Positions 27,530 through 38,356 of a stretch of 64,000 nucleotides of DNA are shown here, one piece after another. Location: positions 32,001-96,000 of IMG/VR virus record IMGVR_UViG_3300037755_000497; one strand, 5' to 3'. Each line of letters starts with the position of its first letter. The first letter of the stretch is position 1. The position numbers and the translations under genes were made by a program. The DNA comes from a virus. The notes beneath the pieces were generated by a model that worked only from the letters and a program-made list of their open reading frames with translations, had not been told where the DNA came from and did no database searches.

Positions 27530-30500
27530 TTATGGTGTAAACTTACTTGTTGTTATTAAGTTATTATACTCTTTTAATTCCACAAAAGTTTGCTCTGGTG
27601 TACCATCCCCTTGGATGATTTCTGAAACATTAGGACATACTGATTGAAAAGTAATTTCTGTAGCTGTTGCTTGAAAAGTTATCAATCTTGAAAATCTATA
27701 TCTTCCTGTAACTGAACCAGTCCCACCCTCACCATTAGCTTCACATCTTAATAAGACATTACTATCGTGGTTTGCAATAAGTGAAACACCATTACCAACA
27801 TTGTATTGAGCATCGAAAGACATGTTTAATTCATACCACTTTCCAATGGTTAAGTTAGCTAATTTTAAATCGGTCACATCAGCAATACTTGTGCTTATAG
27901 GTGCGGTTAAAAACCTTCTTTGAAAATAAATAATATGCTCTTTAACTACTGCACCAACATCATCTTTAATTACAATGTTATCATCATTATCAATGGTAAA
28001 TTCCCTTACTTCACCATCATTTCTTTTACAGGCATATCCTCTACCACTAGTTTTAAATCTACCAGCATGAATTTCTGCAAGGTCACCAGAATTTTGTTCT
28101 AAATTATCTACAGCAACACCATCATTTTGAGTTAAAATAATTTCTAGTATTTCACCTGGAAATTCCAGAACACCACTTTCAAGTTTAATAGTATGAGTTT
28201 CATTATCTAATGTGAAACCAGCACCGTGCATGAAAGTTTGGCCAGTGTTATTAATTAACATTCTTAAGAAACTAGGGTGCGGTATAAACCCTGTTACTGG
28301 AATAGATTGAATATTATCGTCACCATTTACAGTTACTTTCTGATAATTTTCAACACCGACATCAGAAATATAAACGCCATTTCTTCTGAAGGCCATACTG
28401 TAACCTAAAATGGATACATCATCATTAGCAGCTGTATATTTAAACCTTAAATCATGGCTTCTACCCTCAAGTAAATGACCTATAGAATTGCCAGCTACAT
28501 CGGCCCATACTGCGCCATCGTAAACTTTTGAATCTGGTATCCCTGGTGCTGATGAATCAACTTCAATTGCAATTTCATCTACACCAGCATCATAAGATGC
28601 TTTATAATCAGCATCAGTATCAATTACGATGTGGTATTTATCACCTGGAACAAGCATTAAGTTTTGTAATGTTAATTCGATTAGGTTAGTGCCAGCACTT
28701 AGTGTAGAAACTGCAATATAACCTGAATCGTAAACAGCATTTAATAAATCAGGTTCACCAGCATCATCTTTTAGAATTAATATTCTGTATGAACCTAAAG
28801 GTGTACCAGTTTTAAATACTTCTATTGATAGTTTTCTGTAAGCACTAACTAAAGCATTACCTAAAAATTCTTGTGATCTATTAGCAAAGGCCGTTCCATC
28901 ATCAAGTGCAAGTGTAGCATCATTATTTGCTAGGCCATATTCAACTAATGATGAAATTACAGCTTCATCAGTAAATGAATGTTTAAAATACTTAACACCA
29001 TTGGCCCTGCTTTCAAATTCTACAACTTGAAATTCGTTGCCATCCCTAGTTACTTCTAGTACGCCATCATCTTCTTCAAAATCATCTGGCATTACAATTA
29101 GAAATTCCACTTCTAAAATATCTAGTATGAAATCAAGAAATTCAGATTGCACTTCTGGAAATTCCGTTGTGTCTAAATGATTAATTGATTGAAGTATGCT
29201 TCCAGTATCTAAATTGTATTGCTTATTAACAGTGTCGTAAATTGCAGTTGTTTCACCAGCATCAACATAATCGCTTCCTGAATTTGAAAATACATTTTTT
29301 GCTTGGTGAACAAATGGGCTATCCTGGAACCAATCGTCAATAACATCATCGGTTTTTGAGGCATCGCCACTACCACCACCTGAACCACCAACTGGTATTC
29401 TTATAATATTTGTTTCAACTAAATCATTAATTGCTGTTACTGATACACCACTGTCATTTTGAACAGCGATTACCGCAAAAGCAATTGAACCTTCGGCAAT
29501 AGGTGGGTTAGGTGTATTGGCCGAAGTTGTACCAAAGTTCCCAGCTTGTGTGGTGTCATTCGATAAAACTAAAATTTCGTTATTTTGAAGTAAATTAAGT
29601 GAATATTTAAACCACTTATCAGCTTGGCCCGTAAAATCAACAGGTGTAAAGGTATCACCACCACCTGTTATAATACCTGTAGCAAAATCAATATTTCCAC
29701 CAGCGTAATTTGAAAGTAATGAACCATTAGGTAAACGATATGTCGAACCATCGGCCAATGAAACAAAAGATGGCGAAATTAAAATTAATGTACTCGCTGG
29801 ATTTTCTGGCACAACTCTAAGAAGTTTTCTATTTATTGTTTCATCATAAACTTCATTTAAACTTGCAACAATAGCAATTTCTGATAAATCACTATTTTTT
29901 GCGTAGGGTGATGCACCACCTGTTAAAACATCTTTACCAGCTTTAGCACTTTCTACAGCTATCAAATCCCTACCAGCTGTTAAGTCCCTTTTAACCGTTA
30001 CATCACCAGTAGAAAGAATTTCCATTAGCAAATTAGCTGCACCGATTGCTTGGTTATAAAATTTATATGAATTTGTACCATTAGCATCAGCATCAATTAT
30101 ATAAATTAAATCTGTTAATGATCTTTGAACAGAATTAAAAGTTACTGTATCAGTATTGATGTCATCACCGAAAGTAGTATTACCAGTAACCGTTAAATTG
30201 GACTGGAAAATAGAGCTTACCGCTGCTAAATTTTGGAAGTATGCATTCCCATGGGCATCAATATAAGCAATTAAAGAACCGCCTGAATCCCTGATACCCC
30301 ATTTAATACCTTGAAGACCTGAACCACCAATTGAATTAAACAATGTATGCGAAACTGGGATGTCTGGGGTATCTTCATCGGATGCATTAACTTGTGTATC
30401 AAGTTGAAGGCCGGTTGTAGTTTGTTTTGTTGTGATCGTCTCTGGTGTAATATCGGTATGTGTACCATCAACTAAACTATGTTCAGTTCCAAAAAGTGAA

Positions 30501-31312
30501 GTGATACCAACAAGGCCAAATGAAAGATTATTTACATCAGACTGGTCAAATGTACTTGGTGAATTTCCATTATCACCTTCAATAATCCCAATGAATAAAA
30601 TATCAGGGTCAAGTCTTAGGTCAGTGTTTCTTCTTACAGTAGAACCAATTGCAAAAACTTGGTAATCACTAGGGTCAACAGATATGCTTCCAATTGTTTG
30701 CCCTAATGCTGTTAATGTTTCAATTTTATTATTTACACCATCCCAAATTACTGTTGCTTCTTCAAATGTATCAGCTTGTGAAACTGGGTTCTTTAAATAT
30801 ACTAAAACTTTTCTTCCAGCATTAGAAACACCAGCTTCAAAAATTGAATCTACAGTTATAGTTAAAGTTTCATCACCATCATCAACTACAACATCAGGTT
30901 CAGCTAGTTCACCAATTCTTTCTTGTGTGAAGGTATATTTAATTTCACCAGTTCTAACATTTATTTCCGTATTCGCTGGTATATCTTGAAATCTTAATCC
31001 TACATAGTAATCAATACCTGTTGCATTTTCAAAAGGGATGTTATTAGCATCAATCGAATCAAGATTTATTATGTGCCCAGGTGGGCCATCAGTTCCAATT
31101 AGTGGTGTTACAATATCGAATGTGTCTGGTGTATCCGAAGATAAGATTTGTACAACATTTATGTCTGGTTCAAATACGCCGTTTGATTGCCAAACCTGTG
31201 CAAAACTTTCTAAAATTAATGTATGTAAATAATCCAAAAAGTTTTCGGTTATTTGTTGCTGTGGAAGAAATTTTTTCAAATAAATTGAAACTTTTTTATC
31301 ATTTGTGGACAT
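27530..31312 (-). CDS. Large tail fibre/baseplate-attached structural protein
   Basis: 1260 aa, acidic and beta-rich, GGSGGGSG linker, follows the baseplate genes. Confidence 0.7.
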   Translation of the reverse strand: MSTNDKKVSIYLKKFLPQQQITENFLDYLHTLILESFAQVWQSNGVFEPDINVVQILSSDTPDTFDIVTPLIGTDGPPGHIINLDSIDANNIPFENATGIDYYVGLRFQDIPANTEINVRTGEIKYTFTQERIGELAEPDVVVDDGDETLTITVDSIFEAGVSNAGRKVLVYLKNPVSQADTFEEATVIWDGVNNKIETLTALGQTIGSISVDPSDYQVFAIGSTVRRNTDLRLDPDILFIGIIEGDNGNSPSTFDQSDVNNLSFGLVGITSLFGTEHSLVDGTHTDITPETITTKQTTTGLQLDTQVNASDEDTPDIPVSHTLFNSIGGSGLQGIKWGIRDSGGSLIAYIDAHGNAYFQNLAAVSSIFQSNLTVTGNTTFGDDINTDTVTFNSVQRSLTDLIYIIDADANGTNSYKFYNQAIGAANLLMEILSTGDVTVKRDLTAGRDLIAVESAKAGKDVLTGGASPYAKNSDLSEIAIVASLNEVYDETINRKLLRVVPENPASTLILISPSFVSLADGSTYRLPNGSLLSNYAGGNIDFATGIITGGGDTFTPVDFTGQADKWFKYSLNLLQNNEILVLSNDTTQAGNFGTTSANTPNPPIAEGSIAFAVIAVQNDSGVSVTAINDLVETNIIRIPVGGSGGGSGDASKTDDVIDDWFQDSPFVHQAKNVFSNSGSDYVDAGETTAIYDTVNKQYNLDTGSILQSINHLDTTEFPEVQSEFLDFILDILEVEFLIVMPDDFEEDDGVLEVTRDGNEFQVVEFESRANGVKYFKHSFTDEAVISSLVEYGLANNDATLALDDGTAFANRSQEFLGNALVSAYRKLSIEVFKTGTPLGSYRILILKDDAGEPDLLNAVYDSGYIAVSTLSAGTNLIELTLQNLMLVPGDKYHIVIDTDADYKASYDAGVDEIAIEVDSSAPGIPDSKVYDGAVWADVAGNSIGHLLEGRSHDLRFKYTAANDDVSILGYSMAFRRNGVYISDVGVENYQKVTVNGDDNIQSIPVTGFIPHPSFLRMLINNTGQTFMHGAGFTLDNETHTIKLESGVLEFPGEILEIILTQNDGVAVDNLEQNSGDLAEIHAGRFKTSGRGYACKRNDGEVREFTIDNDDNIVIKDDVGAVVKEHIIYFQRRFLTAPISTSIADVTDLKLANLTIGKWYELNMSFDAQYNVGNGVSLIANHDSNVLLRCEANGEGGTGSVTGRYRFSRLITFQATATEITFQSVCPNVSEIIQGDGTPEQTFVELKEYNNLITTSKFTP

Positions 31313-31341
31313 ATTAAAATTTCCTTATATTAATCAATTTA

Positions 31342-31358
31342 GTATAACAATGTATAAC
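31342..31358. promoter_or_regulatory. GTATAAC-AAT-GTATAAC element
   Basis: Exact tandem heptamer upstream of the large fibre gene. Confidence 0.75.
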
Positions 31359-31379
31359 ATGAAATACAAAGCAAAATTA

Positions 31380-33233
31380 CTACAGGTCAAAACCTGGTGC
31401 TATTGTTCGTACATCAGTAGGTATTACCATCATTTCTATTTCGTCAATCTTCATAATAGTTGACGCATTAGTTTTCATCCCAAATTTCCCTTTTGTAAAG
31501 GAAGCATCTATAATTTCATGCTGTTTGTTTGAATCAACATAGGCCTTTATTACAGTGTCACCATTGGCCGCGCTTAGATCGGTTATAACAGTGAATATAT
31601 AACTTGCTTGTGGAACTATGTCTTCTGTTACTGGGGCACTAATTTGGGTGGTTACACCACCTACAACCTTGTATAAAGAAGTTTCCCTATTGACAGTATC
31701 AATTCTAAATTCGTAATAGTTATTTATGTCCTGGAAGAAGAATAAAACCGAGAATACGCCCCCAGTTGACGAAGCATTTTCTGCTTTAACTTGAAGCACA
31801 ATGTCTTGAAATTCAGTGTCACCAAAAACCGATGTATTTACTATGGTGCTTGGTGCTAATTCCATTTGAAATTCACTATTGACATTAGCTGAACCTTGTG
31901 CAACGTTAAATTGCCCGATGCCATCTACAAAATCATCAAAAAATCTAATAAATATTACATTAATTCTTTCTGATACTGGACGCATAAGATTTAAGATTCT
32001 TTGGATTAGAACCTTGTTTAAATTCCCAGTTCCATCATCAACAATTCTAATATCAGTTTTAAATTCATCTAGCTGTTCAATTTGATATTCAATGAAGCCA
32101 CTTAGTGGCGGTGTCAATGTTGCTGAATCAACATTATATACTGAATTAAGTGCAAGCCTAAAATTATCAACATCAACTTTAACAGTATTTATTCCAACGC
32201 CTTCACCACCAATAAACATTTTTGCGAAATTTGTTACATCACCCATTATACCTAAAGAAGATTTGGCCGTTGATTCAGTTCCATTTACATAAAGCCTTAT
32301 ACCATCATTTGCTCGGTCAACCATCAGAGCAATATGCCTAACAATATTATTGTCTAAATCAAATGACGTTATTAAAGAATCAGTTATAGTTGTTATGCCA
32401 TCGCTTACAGTGTAGGAAACAGTTTTAGCTGCTTTATCAATTTCAATTTTGAAACCTTTACCTGAACCATCCATCTTATGTACTAAAGTTTTATTCGCTT
32501 CGCTTATTGAAGACCTAATAAATAACTCAACTGTAAAGTCCTGACTTAAATCATAGTCATCACTATTATTAATCCTTACCACACCACCTTGTAGGGCCAG
32601 GTGTTTTGTTGAACCGTTCGGGAACCCTGAATTTGGGTTAGTATAGAATTGATATGGTGAAACACCAACAGCTTCATTAACTAATATCGACCTATCAAGA
32701 AAATTATTTTCAAAAGTGTATAAAGCAACAACATTATTTGAAGTGTCTTCACTACCTTCAACACCTGGAACAGATATTAGCCAAGAATCTTCACCCAGCT
32801 GTTCTTCACCGAATGCTTTTTCACCGATAATAAATCTAAAATCGAACCAGTTAAAAATTCTTGCTGTCTTACCTACAAATAACCTAACAATATTTGCATA
32901 ACCTGGTTCAGTTCCTTTTTGTTTCCATAGAGCAACGGCCAGTGAAATTAGCTTTCTTAAATCATTTTCCGAAAGGTCTTGTGTAATATTATTCAAGTCA
33001 TTAGTGAAACCAACAATATCTTTTAAATATATTAAAAGGTCAGCACGAATTCTTGCTGGGTCATTAAGTGTTGAAAGCGTTTTAATTCTCGCTTGCATTT
33101 TCTCAAATTCAATTTGCTTACCGATAAGGAATCTTTGAAGAAAATCATTACCTTCACGTTTATCAATATCCCTAATTGGTTTATGGATGAATTTGTAAAT
33201 ATCATACTGAAAATTAGGGTCTATTTTAGGCAT
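31380..33233 (-). CDS. Baseplate wedge/tail protein I-like with LamG (ConA-like) domains
   Basis: DPARIRADLL..L...LWKQKGT; DFTVELF..HIAL..LYVNG..DNFRL. Confidence 0.75.
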   Translation of the reverse strand: MPKIDPNFQYDIYKFIHKPIRDIDKREGNDFLQRFLIGKQIEFEKMQARIKTLSTLNDPARIRADLLIYLKDIVGFTNDLNNITQDLSENDLRKLISLAVALWKQKGTEPGYANIVRLFVGKTARIFNWFDFRFIIGEKAFGEEQLGEDSWLISVPGVEGSEDTSNNVVALYTFENNFLDRSILVNEAVGVSPYQFYTNPNSGFPNGSTKHLALQGGVVRINNSDDYDLSQDFTVELFIRSSISEANKTLVHKMDGSGKGFKIEIDKAAKTVSYTVSDGITTITDSLITSFDLDNNIVRHIALMVDRANDGIRLYVNGTESTAKSSLGIMGDVTNFAKMFIGGEGVGINTVKVDVDNFRLALNSVYNVDSATLTPPLSGFIEYQIEQLDEFKTDIRIVDDGTGNLNKVLIQRILNLMRPVSERINVIFIRFFDDFVDGIGQFNVAQGSANVNSEFQMELAPSTIVNTSVFGDTEFQDIVLQVKAENASSTGGVFSVLFFFQDINNYYEFRIDTVNRETSLYKVVGGVTTQISAPVTEDIVPQASYIFTVITDLSAANGDTVIKAYVDSNKQHEIIDASFTKGKFGMKTNASTIMKIDEIEMMVIPTDVRTIAPGFDL

Positions 33234-33384
33234 CTAATTCTTCCTTTGAATCATTATCTTCTTCCAGCTTTTCCGAACAATCTTTACAGTACAATTCAAG
33301 TTGATTACCTTTCGGTTTGTTATCGCTGGGAAAGTATCCTAGAACCTTTTCACACGCCCCACAATGTACTTTCCCAAACGTCAT
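33226..33384 (-). CDS. Small Zn-ribbon protein (52 aa, not in track)
   Basis: Manual translation MTFGKVHCGACEKVLG...LYCKDC; fills the intergenic gap and has an AGGA RBS. Confidence 0.65.
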   Translation of the reverse strand: MTFGKVHCGACEKVLGYFPSDNKPKGNQLELYCKDCSEKLEEDNDSKEELDA

Positions 33385-33393
33385 AACTATTCC

Positions 33394-34008
33394 TTACGCT
33401 GCAACCAAAACTGGTGTTAAAATAATTTGTCCTTTTTCAGACTGTTTTAGAAGATCACGTGCAATGTAACCAATAACGTATGGTACAGAAGTAGCGTGCG
33501 CTTTTAAATGGCCAAATCCAAAATTGTGTAGTGCTTCATGAATAACGTTACCAAATATTTCCCAAATATAAAACCTATTAAAAAACTTTGAATTAATCCA
33601 AGTTTTCCAAGTATTTGGATACGTGAACCCCACTGTAGAAGAAAAGTTCTTAGTGTACATAGTAGAGAATACATCAATATCACGGTCTTCACTTTCATTA
33701 TAAAGGTCTTTACCTGAACAAATTAAATTGTAAATTTGTAGGTTACTAAGGCCATTAGTTTCAGTCAGTTTAGCGGCTAGAATCCTATCTTTAAATTGTT
33801 GACTGTTTAAAACCTTTTTACCTTTAGTACAGGCTTCAAGCATTTTTTCTTTTTGCTTACCAGTGTAATTATCCAAACCATGAATCTCAATATCTAATTC
33901 ACCAAATGTCATTTGGTCTGGTGTTGTAGGTACTGGGCCTGTGGCCGGTTTTACCCTTCTTTTATTTCCAAATAAATTCATAAACCACCTTTTCATTCTA
34001 TAAAACAT
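33394..34008 (-). CDS. Zincin-like metalloprotease (HExxH..G..H)
   Basis: VGFTYP..W...HEALHNFGFGH...SVPYVIG. Confidence 0.75.
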   Translation of the reverse strand: MFYRMKRWFMNLFGNKRRVKPATGPVPTTPDQMTFGELDIEIHGLDNYTGKQKEKMLEACTKGKKVLNSQQFKDRILAAKLTETNGLSNLQIYNLICSGKDLYNESEDRDIDVFSTMYTKNFSSTVGFTYPNTWKTWINSKFFNRFYIWEIFGNVIHEALHNFGFGHLKAHATSVPYVIGYIARDLLKQSEKGQIILTPVLVAA

Positions 34009-34018
34009 AATTGTCCTT

Positions 34019-36478
34019 TTATATTACTGTTGCTGAAATGCTACCAGCGAATGGTAGTTCCCTTGTGTTCATTGGTACTGCATCACCTATTGCTTGTGGA
34101 ACTGTTATTACAACTTTCTTGATATTAACTGGGTCAACTTCAAATATTTCTGACACAATAACTGAAAGCGGTACTTCTTGACCGAAATCCCATCTTTTTG
34201 TTACACCATCATTAAATGTTGCTTCTGGGTTTAGTAGGGCCGTTATTGCATTTTCAATTTCAGCTTTAACCCCACCTGTTACTGTCGCTGTTACATCAAT
34301 TACTTTTGGTGTGTAATTCACAATAGTAGCTTCATGGTTGCTAACAATCACTGGGTCAATATCAAGTGCCTTGCTTCCATTGAAGAAGTCAGTTAGTTCA
34401 TTTCTTTGAACTTCTGTAAGTAGTGCCCCAGCAAAACCTACAACTACAACTTCAACTGTCTTAACTCCAAATGTTTCTTCAATAGCTAACGCCCTAGCTA
34501 CAAGTGATGAACCATTAGAATCAACAAATTGAGTGGCCAAGAATTCAAAATCAATTGTTGCGATTGCTCTACCACGTGTTCTTAAAGTAGCTGGGCCTTC
34601 AACTTTTAATCTTGCTAAATCTTGTTCAGTAGAACCTTCTTTCGGTGACCAACCAATAGCTTGACGTGGGTTGAAAACTCTGGAAATAAAAGATATACCG
34701 GATTTGTTAACTGATACTGTTCTTGCACCAACGTTACCATCAACATCAGCACCAATTCTGTACAATGCACGAATATTATCAACACCAGGTGAAGGTATCC
34801 TACCTTGTTTACCATCACCAAATTTAATTGTTGCATTGTCATTAGCATCAATTTGTAAAGTATAATCCTTGGATGCACTATTAGATGAAAGGAAATTTTC
34901 TTTTTGATTCCATGGTTGAAATCCAGAACCTTCATCAACTTCAACTAATAACGTTCCTTCAATAAGTGGCCTTTGTGTTAATAAGAATTCTAAATTTACA
35001 TCACCATTAGAAGAACCAACTGGGTCATCTGTTACAGTTTGCCCTTGTGATACAGGTACAAGAACATATTGTGTCCCAGTATCAATTCTAATTCTATCAA
35101 CATTTGGGTTTACTGGTGCTGTTACTTCAATAATCCTTACACGTATTGCGTAGCCTTCAATTGCATTTGTAACTCTTTTCAACCAATTTTTAGACTGACT
35201 TTGCGGCAATGTATAAGAAAGTTTACCATCTTCTGTAAATCCGTTCGTTAAATCACTTGTATCACCAACTTCATTCCATTTTGTTCCTACAACGTAATCT
35301 TGTTCGTTTAGTGAAACCGCTGATTGCCCTAGTAGTCCACCAGTGGTAAGAACATTCACACCACCAATATATTGGGAAACTAAAGTTTCTTGTGCCCCAG
35401 TGCTGGAAAGAACAACTCTTACGACTGAACCGCTTCTATTCTCTGTTCCTAGTAGCGTTGTTAAGTCTAACGTTAAATTTGAACCATTATTAGTTACTAA
35501 ATCTGGTTTAGCATCTTCTAAAGTATTATCATAAAATTCCACAACGTATTCAATACCGCTACCAAAAGTGTTGAATATGAATTCAAGCGTATTAAATAAT
35601 ACGTTTTGATGAATTACATATAGTATGTCACCTTTTTTAGGTGTTGCCGGAAATAAATCAAAGAAGACACCATCAGTAGATGCTAAACCAGTTCTATTGG
35701 CCCCAAATGATGCGTTCTTTACATTGAAGTTTGCTACACCCGTATCAATTTTTGTAATTGCTATTGATTCAATCGAATCATTTAAAGGTATGATTGAAAG
35801 TTTGCTTGTTTCATCACTTATGGCGTGAACTCTTTTTAATATATTTTCATTGCCACTTGTATTAATAGCAGCTGCTAAACTTGCTAAAGTTGTTGGTATA
35901 TCGCCACCAACTGGATATTCTACCCCAGCACGAAAATCAACGCCTTCAATATTTACACCATTACCAGCTTCAATTGCATTGTCTATGATTTCTACTAGGC
36001 CAGCTTCAAAAACAAAAATACCTGTTGGAACATTTGATGGTTGAATTGTGAAGCTAGTATTTGTTTCATAAATTACTTGTGGAACTTCTTCTGTTTCAAC
36101 TGTTGAAAATTGGCTATCCCTTGGTACAAGTTCTATTGCAGTTGTAAACACTTTAGATAGTTCAAGCACAATATCAGTTACAGCTGGTGTTGCCTGTCTT
36201 AAAGTTACATCAATAAGTGCAAGGTGACCCCTAACACTTTCCAATAACCTTGCTGTCGGTAACAAACTTTCGTTAGCTGTAATATCTAATAAAACGTTAT
36301 TTAAATGTCCAATTAATGAATAACAACGTAGTAGTTGTTGAAATGGTTCTTCATCAGATTCATCAGTTATTTCTGGTACATTTACACGTTGATACTGTAT
36401 CAATGAACGCAATAAATCTGGGTAATAAAAACCGCTAAAATCAAAGTCCGGTATCTCAATAGTTCTTGCTTCGGCCAT
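34019..36478 (-). CDS. Baseplate J-like protein
   Basis: ANESLLPTARL, IKFGDGKQGRIP, YRIG..GNVGA, RAIATIDFE. Confidence 0.88.
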   Translation of the reverse strand: MAEARTIEIPDFDFSGFYYPDLLRSLIQYQRVNVPEITDESDEEPFQQLLRCYSLIGHLNNVLLDITANESLLPTARLLESVRGHLALIDVTLRQATPAVTDIVLELSKVFTTAIELVPRDSQFSTVETEEVPQVIYETNTSFTIQPSNVPTGIFVFEAGLVEIIDNAIEAGNGVNIEGVDFRAGVEYPVGGDIPTTLASLAAAINTSGNENILKRVHAISDETSKLSIIPLNDSIESIAITKIDTGVANFNVKNASFGANRTGLASTDGVFFDLFPATPKKGDILYVIHQNVLFNTLEFIFNTFGSGIEYVVEFYDNTLEDAKPDLVTNNGSNLTLDLTTLLGTENRSGSVVRVVLSSTGAQETLVSQYIGGVNVLTTGGLLGQSAVSLNEQDYVVGTKWNEVGDTSDLTNGFTEDGKLSYTLPQSQSKNWLKRVTNAIEGYAIRVRIIEVTAPVNPNVDRIRIDTGTQYVLVPVSQGQTVTDDPVGSSNGDVNLEFLLTQRPLIEGTLLVEVDEGSGFQPWNQKENFLSSNSASKDYTLQIDANDNATIKFGDGKQGRIPSPGVDNIRALYRIGADVDGNVGARTVSVNKSGISFISRVFNPRQAIGWSPKEGSTEQDLARLKVEGPATLRTRGRAIATIDFEFLATQFVDSNGSSLVARALAIEETFGVKTVEVVVVGFAGALLTEVQRNELTDFFNGSKALDIDPVIVSNHEATIVNYTPKVIDVTATVTGGVKAEIENAITALLNPEATFNDGVTKRWDFGQEVPLSVIVSEIFEVDPVNIKKVVITVPQAIGDAVPMNTRELPFAGSISATVI

Positions 36479-36484
36479 AATATT

Positions 36485-36865
36485 CTACCTTTTTTCGGAT
36501 TTACCTTTTAAACCTTGTGTGAATTCTTCTTCTTTATTCGTTAAAAGGTCTATGTATTTAAAACTAATTACCAATTCACCAATTTTACTTTCATCAAATG
36601 AAAGTGTTGTTTCATCCATTCTTACTAGTTCAGAAAATTTGGCCAATATCCTTCTTACAGCTTGCGTGGCCTTACCACGGAAAGATGCTGTCTTTATAGA
36701 GAAAATTAACGAATCATCAATCCCTAAAAGTTGGAATGCATTGTCATCATTACCTTCCTGGAATGCTAATGATAAAATCTTTTGGGTGTTCTTGCTTTGA
36801 TCTTTTTCAATAGCTGCACGGCCTCTATTGTCAACACCCACTGGAATTTTTAAACCTTTTGGCAT
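36485..36865 (-). CDS. gp25/gpW-like baseplate wedge protein
   Basis: Size, position before J, and GLKIPV...LIF pattern. Confidence 0.65.
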   Translation of the reverse strand: MPKGLKIPVGVDNRGRAAIEKDQSKNTQKILSLAFQEGNDDNAFQLLGIDDSLIFSIKTASFRGKATQAVRRILAKFSELVRMDETTLSFDESKIGELVISFKYIDLLTNKEEEFTQGLKGKSEKR

Positions 36866-36867
36866 AA

Positions 36868-37065
36868 TTAGTACCTTTTTAGTAAACGCTTCTTTTTACC
36901 ATATCTTTTCTTCCAGTGCTTTATACAATATATTCTAGTATCGCCTTCATTCTCTGGATTTTTTTTTGCTTCATCTAATGTTAATTCATCACCGCATACA
37001 TAACAATTTGTTTTTAAAACTTTGTCTTGCGCATCCCTTTTCTTCATCGGGCTATCAGTAAACAT
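36868..37065 (-). CDS. Small Zn-finger protein
   Basis: CYVC...YCIKH. Confidence 0.6.
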   Translation of the reverse strand: MFTDSPMKKRDAQDKVLKTNCYVCGDELTLDEAKKNPENEGDTRIYCIKHWKKRYGKKKRLLKRY

Positions 37066-37075
37066 ACTATACTTC

Positions 37076-38356
37076 CTAAGTTAACAAATTATCATATCTA
37101 CTTGCTAGGGCCGTAGCTTCTGCACCACCGGCCTGCACATCTGATTTTGCTTTAGTTAAATCGTTTAGTAATACTATTGAACCATTATTCAAACGGCAAC
37201 GGCCTTCTGTAGTATTAAATCTTTGGTCATAATAAGATAGGGCACCTGATGCACCGAAAGCGATTGCAGCGGCTATATCAGCTATTCTCTGTAGTGCTTG
37301 CGGCCTTCTAATATCCTTTTCATCATCAATGTCTGAAATACCTGTGTCACTAATATCAATTGTCCCTGGTGGCGTAACGCCCAGCAAAGCAGTAATTGCC
37401 GCTATTGAAGTTTGGCAATTTGTTTTAGCTGTTAAATCAATATTGTCATCTTCATTTGAATCAATAGCAGAAATCTGATTATTTAATGCAGCAATTCTAT
37501 TGTTAAATACATCTTCTAATTGACCCAAAAATAAATTCATTATTCCTTGGAAATCAGAGTCACTTGCAATTTGATTTGTTCTTTCAGTGTCAGTAAAACC
37601 ACCGAATGTTTTTTGACCAATGCTACTATTTGCCGGTATGGTTCCAGCTGGTGTAATAATATACTCAAAAGTTATATCACCATTTTCTGTCCAAGTTCCA
37701 CCATTGGCCGTACAAGTCGGTTCATCAACACCTGATTCAGCTGGTGTTTCACCAGTACAATAACCAGTCACACTTAAAACTTTTAGTAAACCGATGTTGC
37801 CACCACCAGAAACAAATAATACATCGTTAATATCAATATCTTCTAGGTTATTTATAATTCTAACTGAATTACTATTACCATCAATTTCAGCAAAGATTTC
37901 TGCACCGTTTGATATTGTTGTTTGTCCTGGGTAACCACTTTGTAAAAGCTGTAGAATCGTATCTTGTGATGTGAACAAATCAATTTCATTCAATTGCTCT
38001 AAAGCTACTAAAGGCCCACCATCAAATTGCGCTATTCTTGTTGGTGAAAAATCACCGCCATTCCAAAGCCTAGAACTATCGTCACCGTTGGCAAACTTTT
38101 GAACATCTGTTTCAACTATTTTTGAAGCTATATCTTGGCCATCAATCCATCTTCTTTCATTTTCGTATTTACCAATTATATTATCATTAATAGTATCAAA
38201 AGTTTCTTTTTGAAAATCTTCAACATCTTGTTGCTTGTCTAATGCACCTTGAATAGCAGCAACCTTACCAGCTGTAGCACTAGCACCGGCCAAGGCCACA
38301 TCTTTTAATGCAGTAAGTGCAGCTGTCTGTGCTGGTGAAGGTGTTGGTAATCCCAT
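37076..38356 (-). CDS. Uncharacterised baseplate-region structural protein
   Basis: Located between spike and gp25-like genes; helical ends with a central beta/Cys insert. Confidence 0.6.
   Translation of the reverse strand: MGLPTPSPAQTAALTALKDVALAGASATAGKVAAIQGALDKQQDVEDFQKETFDTINDNIIGKYENERRWIDGQDIASKIVETDVQKFANGDDSSRLWNGGDFSPTRIAQFDGGPLVALEQLNEIDLFTSQDTILQLLQSGYPGQTTISNGAEIFAEIDGNSNSVRIINNLEDIDINDVLFVSGGGNIGLLKVLSVTGYCTGETPAESGVDEPTCTANGGTWTENGDITFEYIITPAGTIPANSSIGQKTFGGFTDTERTNQIASDSDFQGIMNLFLGQLEDVFNNRIAALNNQISAIDSNEDDNIDLTAKTNCQTSIAAITALLGVTPPGTIDISDTGISDIDDEKDIRRPQALQRIADIAAAIAFGASGALSYYDQRFNTTEGRCRLNNGSIVLLNDLTKAKSDVQAGGAEATALASRYDNLLT

Noticed and set aside
22400-31312. Diversity-generating retroelement or invertible fibre cassette
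   Set aside because: No reverse transcriptase or invertase in the window, no near-identical TR/VR pair seen by eye, and all genes are co-oriented.
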